This document shows positions 52,698-64,000 of a DNA stretch of 64,000 bases, piece after piece. Within the stretch, counting starts at the first letter, position 1. Every line of letters begins with the position of its first letter. This stretch comes from Camelus dromedarius (Eukaryota), in the NCBI RefSeq assembly GCF_036321535.1, contig NC_087447.1:43836001-43900000 (forward strand), read 5' to 3'. Both the position numbers and the translations under genes were made by a program. The notes beneath the pieces were generated by a model, which saw only the letters and a program-made list of their open reading frames with translations, did no database searches and was not told the DNA's origin.

Positions 52698-52857
52698 ACA
52701 GCACAGGGAACTATATTCAACATCTTGTAATAACCTATAATGGAAAAGAATATGAAAACAAATACATGTATGTGTATGTATGACTGAAACATTATGCTGC
52801 ACACCAGAAATCGACACATTGTAACTGACTATACTTCAATTAAAAAGCAAAAAAAGA
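52698..52857 (+). mobile_element. Young L1 3' end inserted next to a MIR (52550-52690)
   Basis: gcacagggaactatattcaacatcttgtaataacctataatgg...gactatacttcaattaaaaa. Confidence 0.85.
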
Positions 52858-53394
52858 AATGATATATGCCCCTGACACTAGAAATTCAACAAAACACAGC
52901 TATTCTATACTGGCCAACCAGGCCTCCTGTTCTTCCTCAAACCTCTGACCTTTACCCTTATGTCAGTATCAGCAAGTAAGTTTGCTTCTTACTTCCTGGA
53001 GGAAACAGGAGCTACCATAACTTGCTGGTTGGACATCCTTACAAATGTCTGTCTTTATCCCGCTCCTGCATCCTAGCAGTGGGGTGAATATTCCACCCCA
53101 GGGAGGCCTCTCAGAAACTGAGTGGATTATCTTCTCCAATGGATTCTACTTATTGGTGTTTAAACATTTTCTCTTATTTTTTAAAGAAACATCTCCCTTG
53201 AAAACATGGTCTTCTCCAGCTACTTCCTTGACTGGCCAAGCTTCTCCATAGGGTTGTTGAAGCAAGACAACTCCAATTTCTTATCTCCCACTGACTCCTC
53301 AACCCACTTCTACCTGGCTGGCGCCCCAGAGCTCTACTCAGCAGACACGGCCTGTCTGTGCTTGCCTACTGTCTTATCCACAGAGCCCACAGAG

Positions 53395-54255
53395 TGTTAA
53401 TCACTGTTGTTTTAAATTCCTGATCTGGTAACTCCAACATCCCCGCCATGTCTGGGTCTCAGGCTTGCTCCGTCTCCTCAAATTGTGTTTTTTGCCTTTT
53501 AGTATGCCTTCCAATTTTTTTTTTCTTGATGGCTGGGCATGATGCACTAGGTAAGAGGAACTGCTGTAAACAGAGCTTCAGTCATGTGGTGGTGAGCTGT
53601 GGTGGAGGGGAAGTGTCCTACAGTCCCTTAATTAGGTCTCAGTCTTCTAGGGTGCCTGTGCCTCTGGACTGTGAACTTCACACATGATTTCTAAAGTTTT
53701 TTCTCCCCTCTTTAGGTGGGAGAAGATAGCTAAAGCTGACCAGCGCTACATCAGCAGGTTAGGCTCTGATTAAATATTCTCTCCTACAGGCAGCCCTTGT
53801 TAAGAACAGAGTGCTCTGGTGCATTTCAGAGTGGTTCTTCCCCGCTCCGCCTGCTGGAAGCAGGAGAGGACTTTTCTCTGTGTTTACTGTAGAAACCTGG
53901 TTGAGCTGCTGAGGTAAGTCTCACAAAACTGTGGGGCTCCACTATGACTGGGCTTCCGGGAGTCTGTAATCCTCTGCGTTGTCTACCCCACGCCTCCAGC
54001 AACTCATCAGGTTTCCCTGCCCTGGCACTGGTTCGAGTGAGGGTTTCCACTCATGAGTCTCTGCTCCAGGGAGCTGCTGCTCTCTGTATTCACCTGTAGG
54101 TCTCTCCACTCTTGGGGGTTTGCTCTGTGTCCTCAAGTCTCTTTGAGAGTCTAAAAGAAATGGTGATTTTTCCATCTGTTCAGCTTTTTACTTGTTTGTT
54201 AGGATGGAGTGGCAGGTCCAAGCTCCTCACGTGAAGAGTTGGAAACCAGAAGCTG
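53395..54255 (-). mobile_element. L1MD/MC-type 5' region
   Basis: gttttaaattcctgatctggtaactccaacatc, cctctggactgtgaacttcaca, tgttcagctttttacttgtttgttaggatggagtg. Confidence 0.6.
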
Positions 54256-55280
54256 AAAACATGTTCTTATTAAGGAACCATGGAACAGTTATAAAAGCTG
54301 GCCATATATAAGGCTGCAAAAGAAGTCTCAGTAAATCCAAAACAATGATAGTCTTCAGATCATGTTCTCTGGGCAAAATGCAGTAAGATTATAAATCAAT
54401 GATAAAAAGCCAAACAAGCTCACAAATTTGGAAATTGAAAAGCATACTTCTAAATAATTCACTAGTCAAAACAGGGATTATAATGGGAACGAGAAGCTAC
54501 TTAGAACTGAATGACTCATAGGATGCAACAAAACATTACATCAAAAAGTTAGAAAAAGCGTAACAGGCTAACCACACCCCAAAACAAAAACAAACAGAAA
54601 AAGAAGAAAAGGGGGGAAATATCAGGAATAAAGACAAAAGTATTAACAATACAAAAGCTGATTCTCTGAAAGGCTTTAACACATTAATTAAACCCCTGAC
54701 AAAGTGATCGAGGAGAGAAAGCACAAATAAACAAAGTTATAAAGACAAAGAAGCCGTAATTATGCCTATATTAGAAACTTCCAGAAATGTTAGAGAATAT
54801 CATAACCAATATTATGCCAAAAAATTTTAAAACTTAAAATAGAGGATTATGTAGAAAAATATAATTACCAATGTTCACATCAAGAATAGATAACTTGAAA
54901 AAATTGTAACCATTAAATCAAATAAATTATTTAAAACCTGCCTCAAAAAGCCCTCTAAAACAGATAATTTGACAGGTAAACTCTACCAACTCTTCAAAGA
55001 ACCAAATATTCTCTATTTTATACCAATTATTCTAGAAAGTAGATTTTTTTAAAGGAATTTTCTCTCATTTGTTTTATGAAGCTAGTATAACCTTGATGTA
55101 ACTAAACATGGAGAATACAAGACAAGAAAATTTTAGGCCAACTGGCTTTAGGAACACAGCTGCAAAACTGCTAAAGAAATCAAAAGAAAGCAAAATAAAA
55201 CAACATATAAAAAGTAACAACACCATAACAAAGTAGGGTTTATCACCAGCATTCAAGAATGATTTAATACTAGACAATAT
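54256..55280 (+). mobile_element. Old L1 ORF2 remnant
   Basis: catacttctaaataattcactagtcaaa, tttatgaagctagtataaccttgat, aagtagggtttatcaccagcattcaagaatg. Confidence 0.7.
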
Positions 55281-55282
55281 AA

Positions 55283-55410
55283 GGGGGAAGTGGTAGAGTG
55301 TGTGCTTAGCATGAGGTCCTGGGTTCAATCCCCAGTACCTCCATTAAAAATAAATAGATAAATAAATAAATAAATAAATAAACCAAATTACTTCCCCAAA
55401 AAACAAACAA
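55283..55410 (+). mobile_element. Vic-1-like SINE
   Basis: gtggtagagtgtgtgcttagcatgaggtcctgggttcaatccccagtacctcc, then (taaa)n and aaaccaaattacttcccc. Confidence 0.85.
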
Positions 55411-55648
55411 GAAGGGAAAGGGAGTGGGAAGGGATAAACTGGGGAGATTTGCAGGTATTATCTACTTATATAAACAATAAACAAGTTTCTTCTCTATAGC
55501 ACAGGGAACTATATTCAATATCTTCTAGTTATCTATAATGAAAAAGAATATGAAAACAAATATATGTATATGTATGACTGAAACATTATGCTGTACACCA
55601 GAAATTGACACAACATTGTAAACTGACTATACTTCAATTAAAAAAAAG
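55411..55648 (+). mobile_element. Young L1 3' end
   Basis: gggaagggataaa...acagggaactatattcaatatc...gactatacttcaattaaaaaaaa, homologous to 26500-26745 and 51370-51600. Confidence 0.85.
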
Positions 55649-56937
55649 GTAGAACTCTAACACAGCACCTCCCTAATATTTTATATGGTGGCAAACATAG
55701 AAAGCTCTCTCCACAGTGCACACTGGGGAAAACCAGCTAGGAAGGGAGGTAAGGCTGGAGGCAAGGGGAGCCCACCTGGCCTCCCAGAAAGCCAAGGGGA
55801 AAAATCAGTTCCTCAGCACACACCTGTCTGTGGCACACCTGTGTCCTGCACCTTGCCAGTTGGGAAGCTCAGAGTTAGGAGTTTGGTGGCAGGAAAGAGC
55901 AAATTGCCTTTTTCAGGTTTCAGGCAGTCAGATGTGGAAGTGTAGAAGAGGAGGAGCAGGGAGAAAACCTATGAAAATGTATTTTCACCTTGATGTGGTA
56001 CTTGAAAAAAAATCATAGCATTTATTGAAATGTCTGTTCTCTTACAGGTACTAGTCCAAACACTGACTCGGCTGTTCTTCACAACAACTGCTTAGGTTAG
56101 ATGCAAGTACTAGTATCTCTTTCATATGAGAAAACTGAGGCTTAGAGAGAAACGCTGGTCATCGGATTTATGGAGGAGCAGCCTGGGAGGGCGTTCCCAA
56201 GTGGCAACGTTGTCACTGTGGGTGGGGAGATGACAGTGCCAAGTAAGATGATGAAAGGCCGGCACCTCCACCTCTGAGAACAAACTGTAAAGCACATGGT
56301 GGGCCTGGCACATGAGCAGCTTCTCGCCAAGAAGCAGAGCATTTAAACTGAAAAAAGTAGACTAGGTGATACACCAGTTGAGAGCATGGGGAAGCAGGAT
56401 GTTGAATTACTTAAATTACTCAGAAGCTTTGCAGAACTAAGGAAGGGCTCTTACGTCTGATCAGAGGAAGGAAGTCCAAGTCTTAGGACTTGGGATCTAA
56501 AAGGAAAGCCCTTGTGCTGTGTATGTTCCTCAACTCAAGTCTGTGGGGTGAGTAGGGGTAGGTGACAAAACTGGGGAAGAAGACATATGTTGGTTCTGCC
56601 AGAGTTTGGGCCATCGATTCACCATAGTCTGAGGACATGCATGTTTGCAAACTGGTGGCCTGTCCCAAATGGTCTACAGATGCTTCCTTATTTATCGTAA
56701 GAGCAATGGGGAGCTCACAAAGGGTTTAAAGCATGGACTGACATGCTTCTTATGAAGATCATACGGCTGCAGGATAAGTAATGAACCAGACAGGGGACAA
56801 GGAGGTAACTGAGATCAGAGGTTTCTAAAGAGGGTACATATGTCTCAGAGATGTACAATATGGTACACTATCCTTGCGTAGGGTAAGGAAATAAAATAAC
56901 TTCTCTTTATCTTTGTTATTTCAAAAATAAAATCTGA

Positions 56938-57030
56938 GTGAGGGTAAAACTCAGTGGTAGAGTGCATGCTTAGCGTGCATGAGGTCCTGGGTTCAAACCC
57001 TGGTACCTCCATTAAAACAATAAATAAATA
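56938..57030 (+). mobile_element. Vic-1-like SINE
   Basis: ctcagtggtagagtgcatgcttagcgtgcatgaggtcctgggttcaaaccctggtacctcc plus A-rich tail. Confidence 0.85.
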
Positions 57031-57406
57031 CCATACTGTCAAAAAATCCATACATATTTAATATAAAGATGGATATGGGCAGCCTCACTATTCAATCCCA
57101 ATCAAAAATATTATTTGAAATGTAGATATTTATCTATTATTATTAATGATTAACCATACTTGGTCCATATTGTTATTTGAGATATTTGCTAATGACAGTA
57201 ACCATTATCATCAATAAGGTAGTTAAAATAGAACATTTCAAATATACAATATTTCATCTTCATCTTATTAAGTTTTTTGTGTATGTTTTAACATGTTCAT
57301 GAAAATTGGTAAAATAGTGTATGGATATACTTGACAAATAAGAAAATGTACATATGTTGGCAATGTAAGCTCAACTTGTTTTTTGTTTTTATTAATAGAA
57401 ATACAC

Positions 57407-58316
57407 TGTATCTGCTTGGGTTCAAACGAAAAAGAGAAACCATCCAGTAATTCAGACAGGGCGAGTGTAACATGAAGAATCATTTACTGTAATAGAGGAT
57501 TGAGTAATAAGATATTAGCTATCAAGAAGTAAACAGAACTCGGGGGCAGGGGTATAGCTCAGTGGTAGAGTACGTGCTTAGCATTCACAAGGTTCTGGGT
57601 TCAAAACCCCAGTACCTCAATTCATAAATAAATAAATGAACCTAATCTCCCCACAAAAACCCCAAACAAACAAAGAAGTAAACAGAACTCTAAAGAATAT
57701 AGGAATAGCAGATGTAAAGAGCAACCACTTCCCCTTGGGCTGAGCTAGAGCACCCAAGGACAAGCTCCCTGCCCTTGAGGCCGAGTCCCAGACACTGCTG
57801 GAGAGGGCACAGCTATCACTCACTGAGTGACAGAGAAGTTGCCATGGTATTGCCCTAGCAGAACTTACTAGGAAATCTACCCTCTGGAACTTGCCAGAAA
57901 TCTGCCATCTATCTAGATGCCAGGAAGAGCTGTTCATGGGAAGGCATCTGACCTGCTACAAAACCACCTAAGGGATGTCAGGGGATGCTGCCAGCCACTG
58001 CGTGCTGCTGACTGCTCTGTGTACTGCAGAGGTCAAGTGCCGGAGAGGCCACCTGTGTAGTGGAGCAGCTGCCCATGCTGCAGGGGCAGGGCTTCAGGGA
58101 AACTGCATGTGCTGGAGAAGCTGGGCTTGCTGCCGGGGCCTGAGGACAGGAGGACGCCAGAAGAGCCCTTCCTCTTGTCTCTTCAGCGCCCTCTAGTGAC
58201 AGAGCTTAGCACTGTGCCAGGTGGAAATGAAAAATATTTAAAGGTCCCAACTCTATTTTTCCAGGGCAGACAATAAAGGCTGAATTTGGAGCTGAAACAT
58301 ATTTATAACTGGTACA
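57407..58316 (-). mobile_element. ERVL solo LTR, LTR41/LTR50-like
   Basis: TG...CA termini; the minus strand begins tgtaccagttat...cagctccaaattcagcctttattg...cctttaaatattttt...gtcactagagggcgctg, as recalled for this family. Confidence 0.7.
57542..57672 (+). mobile_element. Vic-1-like SINE inserted into an ERVL LTR
   Basis: Perfect 18-bp TSD aagaagtaaacagaactc at 57524-57541 and 57673-57690. Confidence 0.92.
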
Positions 58317-61300
58317 TGTAATATAAAAAGTTGGGAGGCATACAGCCCCAACATATGTATGTACTTACTTATAACATATGTACTTATAACTTATATACCT
58401 GTAGAAAATTCTAATTATATATAAATATACATATGCCAAAAAAGAGAACAACAAAGATGAGATAATGTAAATAGAAGTTCTAATATTTTGTCCTTACACC
58501 TCAGTGTATGCTCTTCCCAATCTCGCTTTGGAGATCAGTCTACCCAGTCAGGACCTATAGCCAAACTACTTACCTTACGATGCCATCTTCCTAGCTCACA
58601 GGAATCTCTGTGTGTTTCAGGCATTTGCAGGAATCCTGCTCTGTATTGGTGCTTCAGTGTTTCATAGGTGTATCCCATCTTCCCTGACAGCTATAGGGGC
58701 ATGTTATTCTATACAAGTCTCCAGAAGACTAGGCAACAACTATACAGTCAACACAGACTTGCCAATGGTTAATTCACTGACTGTTCTTTTAAAAAAAACT
58801 TAAATGGAGTAGTTGACATATGAAAGTTATACATATGTATGTATACATCTTGACAAGTTTGAAGATAAGCATATACCTGTGAAACCACCACACAATCTAT
58901 GTCATAAACATATCCATCATCACCAACTCTTCTTAAATAATACCAGTATTTACCAAACTTCATTTTGTTTTTTCATTCTGGCATGTTTCCAAACTTTAAA
59001 CTATAGATGGCTGGGTCTTACTGTTTAACTCACCTCATCCAGGGATACAAGGAAAGTGAGCATTGAATTGCACACCTTCACTGATGTCAGTTTGCATGTC
59101 TGTTGTACAACTATCTTGACTATGCAAACCCTCTCTCAATCCCACTGCAGACATTCAGGGCACCGCTATGCAAACCCAGCTGCCTCGCTGGAGAGAGACA
59201 TTTACCTCTTCTCCATCTCTGATGGTCTTAGACACCAGCTGCAGAGAAACTCTTGAGATCCTAAGATTGTGTTTATGCTTCTTTGGGAAGGAAAAAGCCC
59301 ACTTCCTTTAAAATAATTTATATCAGAAGTGTAGAGATTGTTCTACTCTGTAAAATCTCATGGTATTTCACAAATATGCATATTTCCCAAACCCTTCCAG
59401 GATGGCCCGTCTAGCCAGTTGGGATTTGGCCAACTAACAACACAAATGCTCACCATCTGGACCTGCCTCTGGTGGATGGCAGACCTGACCTGCAAAGAAA
59501 AGAGAGGTCTGGTGGTCCCTCTGCTCCCTTCACCCCACCCTGTCCGTACCACTCCTGCGGGGCTTATTTCCTGGAAGACACGTTCACAAGCCAATCACTA
59601 CCAGCTCACCCATCCAGCAGGCTCTGGCAGAGAGTGGTTGGTTAATCATTATTTTTTAATCCCCTTCTCCCCATCCTCAGGCCTGTCACACTCCTGGTGA
59701 TGTTTGTAACACAGAATCTTCCCAGCCCTAGGTATGCAAATACCAGCCTATCTTGCAAGTAAGCCCAGTTTCTCCGAGGAGACTTTGCTTAATAGAGTGG
59801 CCAAATGTTGACAAAACAGAGCTTAGCCTCATCTCAAGTTTCTACTTCCATCTTCAGAATCGATGTGGATTCTGGAAAGAGCATCATTAATCCCATTACA
59901 TCATCTTATTGAAGGCCCTGGTGTGGTGTTTACAAAAAGAAATGCTTTCTTTCCCCATAAAATCAATGATGACAGGCTAAGGCTCCGGGCAGGGAACGAG
60001 CAGTCTGGAGCTTCAGGCCGACACACACTCCCTCGTGGGGAGCCCACAACTCAGGGGCTGCTCCCAAAAGTAGGCCAGCATCACCACTGCATCATGCAAT
60101 AGGTGACCGCTGTCACAAAGGCCGCCCAAAGCCTCAGGGCCCCCTGGCACTGACTGCGGGAACTTGACCCTGGCCAGCAACATGCCTGGCCAATTAGTGC
60201 AGATGGCAGCCTCTTGAAAATGTAACCACTGCCCCAAATGACACACGGTTAATACTTCACTTGTCCTAAAGATCTTAGGGACTACCGAGCTATTATTAGT
60301 TCCTTTCCCCACTAAAGTTCAGGAGAGTCGACTGTTAAGAAATAGGCACTATAGACCACTTGGTTCAATGTGCAAAACAAAGAAAACATTAAAAATTATT
60401 TTTTAAACTCTGGCTGTTCAGGTGGAAGCAGAACTTTTTAAGGTGGCCACTTGGATCTGGATGTGTGTGCAGCGAGAGCATCAGACCGTTGAAATCACTG
60501 TTTTCATTCCCAAGCTGATGCCGACCCCATCCCCGAGCCCACTCCATAAGAGACCGCCACTCCCAAATAGGAGGAAGGTTAGCGATGGGGTCAGGGTGGG
60601 GAATCTGCTACCAACGGTTAATTAATACATTATTTAGAAAAGTCTGTAGAAGATGGAAGTTTATCTGCTTGTTTTTGGCGCAGTGTCAAAAGGCTCACAG
60701 CACGTATTTCCTCCCTCTTGCCCCGCCCTCTTGTCTTCTGGGAAAGTCATGCTCTCAGGTTGGAAGTTGGATAAGGAAGATGAAGGAAGTCAGCCCCGGC
60801 CTCAGGGCTGCGTGTAGGGGTGCGCGTCTACAAGGCAGAAGTGGGCTGAGACAGGGAGGCGGCCTGTAGCCTGCAGGACAGACCAATGTACGCAGGCAGC
60901 TCAGGCAGGAACTGACTTTGGCCGTCCTTCAAACTGGTAATCATGTAAAGATCTATTCAGAGTTTATTGGAAGAGAAGGTGGCTATTCTGATGGGTAGAG
61001 AAAGAAGGTTGTTGGAGGCAATGCTGGTTTTCCCTCGATCATCTGAACATGCAAGGCTGAAGCTTGCATTTAACTGGAACTACATCTTCAGAAGACAGGT
61101 TAGGAGTGTTCATTGCAATCTGAGCTATTCGGGAATGTCACTGCTCTCCCTCAGGGGCTTATGAAAGTATTATTTCCAACCATATGTAATATTCTCTTGG
61201 AGAGAAATATTGATGAATAGTTTCAGTGTTTTAGCATCCTTTATTGATTAGTTCTTTGGACCACTGTCTGGCCAGCCCATCCCTTATTCAGGCTCTGATG

Positions 61301-61519
61301 TATCATCCAGTCATCAGAAACTACACTGGGGGGACACAGCGTGATGGGTAGGTCCCAGGGGCATGAGTGACTCACACGGTGGAGGGGATCTATGATGAAA
61401 CACTAGCAGCTCTCAGAAGCGTGCTAGACACAAATCATGATACAAACTCATTTTTATTCCAGAGTTAATGAAGGCATTGTTCAAAGCATATTTTTATACT
61501 AGGGCACATATGCCGAAGG

Positions 61520-61760
61520 GTGGTATAATGAAAAAAGCACAGGTTTTAGAACAGAGGCTTTAAATAGGCTGATGTTCAAACTTTGTTTCAGCCCTTATTA
61601 CTTGTGTGACCTTAGGAAATTAATGAATCCCTCTATACCTCAATTTCCTCTTCTGTAAAATGGGCATAATACCTATCTCTCTATTGTGAAGATTAATCGG
61701 GAAACATATAAAAGCAGTAAGACCAGGGTCTGGCACCGAGGAGTGTGCACTACTCCTAAG
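61520..61760 (+). mobile_element. MIR SINE
   Basis: tgtgtgaccttaggaaattaatgaatccctctatacctcaatttcctcttctgtaaaatgggcataatacct. Confidence 0.8.
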
Positions 61761-62214
61761 TCCCCTTCTTCCTCTGGCAGAAACTGGGAATCCAGCCCCG
61801 GTGGCCAGAGTCTGAGGGCACTACCACATGCAGCTGCTCCTTGACTACACTGATGATTTATGAGAAAGAAAATTCTTTTTAAACTTGGATTCTTGTCCTA
61901 TTTTGTATTTCCAATAGGTGTACTCAGTACCCAGGAGAGAACCTTGCACAGGGATAGTGAGGGAAGTGAGCAATTGGGGAAGAGAGTGAAACAGAATGGG
62001 TGAACTGCTAGCACAGGTGTTGGGGGGGTGATGGCCCAGGTCTCTGGGAGCTGAGGGAAGCCCCACCCTCACCACCTGGGCCTCTTCTGAAACCAGGAGG
62101 CACCATCCTCCTCCTGGATATTGTCCCGTGCCCAGCAGGGGACAGCTCTCAGCACTCTGGCCTGGGCTCTCTGCTGCTGGCTCCACGTCTTCTTTATATC
62201 CTAGTAGAGGGTGT

Positions 62215-62430
62215 TTTATTTTTTTTGTATATTATTCAAATTGTGGTAAAATATCCATTACATAAAATTTGCCATTCTAACCATTTGTAAGTGTACAATT
62301 CAGTAGCATTAAGTATATTCACCATGTTGTGCAACCATCACCACATCCCATTCCCAGAGTTTCTGCATCATCTCAGACACTATCCTTTTATCAATAACTC
62401 CCCCTTTCCCCCTCCCTCAGCCGTTACCAC
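62215..62430 (-). mobile_element. L1MA/MB-type 3' end
   Basis: cataaaatttgccattctaaccatttgtaagtgtacaattcagtagcattaagtatattcaccatgttgtgcaaccatcacc. Confidence 0.8.
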
Positions 62431-62875
62431 CTGCTAGAAGTTTTTAAACCCCCTACCCCATGAGGCAAATGGTGGTGACAGTGGGCAGGGACCCACTTGA
62501 AATTTCCTATCCCAAACCCACGTCTGAATTTTATGACCACTTTGGAGGTCACTCCCCCAAAGCTGCGGGGGGCTCAAACCACATCAGGGTGTCTGGTCCC
62601 TCTGCCAGAGCGGCCAGAACTATCCCTCCCCACCCCACCACCAGCTGTGGCCCTGTAACCTCCTCAGCTTGGATTTAGCTTCTCTTTCTTTCTCCAGGAT
62701 CAGCCAAACCGAATTCCGCTACTTTTCTTCAAGTGCTACTGTTAAAAAATACACAGACCAGAGCCAGGACCAGACCCGATGTCTTTGGTTGGGTGTGAAC
62801 TCTAAGAGACGGCAAAAGAAAAGGCCATTTTTCAAAAAGAGGGACGCCATTCCTAAAATCTGGAAATCCAGATCT

Positions 62876-62992
62876 GGAAAGGAGGGGGGCAGGGGAGGGG
62901 AGGGTAAGGGGAGAGGGAAGGGAAGGAGAGAGGGGGAGGGAGGAGGAGGGAGGAGATGGAGGAGGAGGAGAAGGAGAAGGAGAAGAAGAAGG
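62876..62992. repeat. Polypurine (G/GA-rich, GGA/GAA) low-complexity tract
   Basis: About 117 bp almost entirely G and A on the + strand. Confidence 0.9.
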
Positions 62993-64000
62993 TCTGATGG
63001 CTCTGCTACCTAGAAGGGATTAAATGCTAAAAATAGCTCAAGGTATTGAGAGTGCTGAGGGAGCCTGCAGTTCATGAAGCAGAGGACAGTAAAATCTGGC
63101 GTTAAATGCTAGTAAAAGAGGGGTTCCTACAAAATGTTCGCGATCTGTGAGTCCCTGGACCCTCCCCATTAAATGTAAAAGTGAGCTTCTTTCCTAACAG
63201 CTTGGTTGTGACCTTACTGTCCTGCCCAGAGTGTTAAGAAAACACTAAATGCCTAGTAAAGGGTCCAAAACTGACCTAAAATGAAGGAAATGAACTATGG
63301 ATCAGATTCTCTGATGCCTCCCTGTTTTGCGTTAAGCCATGCTGACGGCCAGGTGACATTTGCAGGGCCATCTGGTGACATTTCTTTTTGGGAACAGATG
63401 AAGAGGCACCGGGGAGGGTGACGGGGTTGGTGCAGAGGCCAACACAAGACTCTCGGGTGGCTTCCTGGAGTCCATGTATGACATTGAAGGGGGGAACCCC
63501 CTGTTTTTTTCTGTAAGAGTATGGTCAAATTATATGTTATTAAACACTGCATGACCTGATGGGGGATTCTGCCTACACTGACAGTGTTCCTTTTCATTCT
63601 GAAAGCGTCTATGAATATGAAACCCAGGTACTAAGGAACACCCCTTATCAGGAAATGTTTTCCCTTACCCTCTTTCAGGGTGAGAAGGGAATAGACACAG
63701 CTAGAGACGATTTCGGAGCTAGCTTCCTGCTCTGATGGCACAGACGTAGCCTCCGCCAGCTTGTGGTTTCCCCCTTCCATTTCTGCGGGCATCCCAGTGC
63801 CTAGTGTCAGGCCCAACTTGCAATGTCTGTTGAAAGAACCAATCTTCACTGTGCTGCGACCATCCCCTCATGCCCTGCTCTCACTGAGTTGCTGATCTCT
63901 GTCTCAACATGGCAAAACTCCAAAATTTCCTCCATTTGGCTTCCCATCCCCTCAATAGGCTGCTGTCTACATCCTGCTGTGAAAGAACAGTGAGACCCTT

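Noticed and set aside
62669..63013. ORF with a poly-Arg/Gly tail
   Set aside because: It is the translation of the polypurine tract.
1..64000. Prokaryote-type systems (CRISPR arrays, operons, defence islands)
   Set aside because: The sequence is mammalian intronic DNA; there are no regularly spaced repeats or gene-dense ORFs.

Overview
Mammalian genomic DNA, most likely camelid (alpaca, llama or camel), judged from many copies of a Vic-1-like tRNA-derived SINE. The window lies inside synaptotagmin-9 (SYT9), which is transcribed on the minus strand. Three C2B-domain coding exons (22338-22458, 20794-20965, 18581-18710) have canonical AG/GT borders and splice in frame. The upstream exons and the terminal exon were not found, so the rest of the window is read as intron, filled with L1, L2, L3/CR1, MIR, LTR and DNA-transposon relics. 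The standout feature is a ~2.6-kb processed retrocopy (32771-35378) flanked by target-site duplications (TSDs) and inserted into an old L1. It appears to derive from a spliced, polyadenylated transcript. Its internal antisense L1 segment (32976-34240) carries dense, strand-specific A-to-G changes relative to other L1 copies in the same window. The best reading is an ADAR A-to-I hyper-edited RNA that was reverse-transcribed and fixed in the germline. Repeat family names come from recognising sequence by eye, not from a database search, and many repeat boundaries are approximate.
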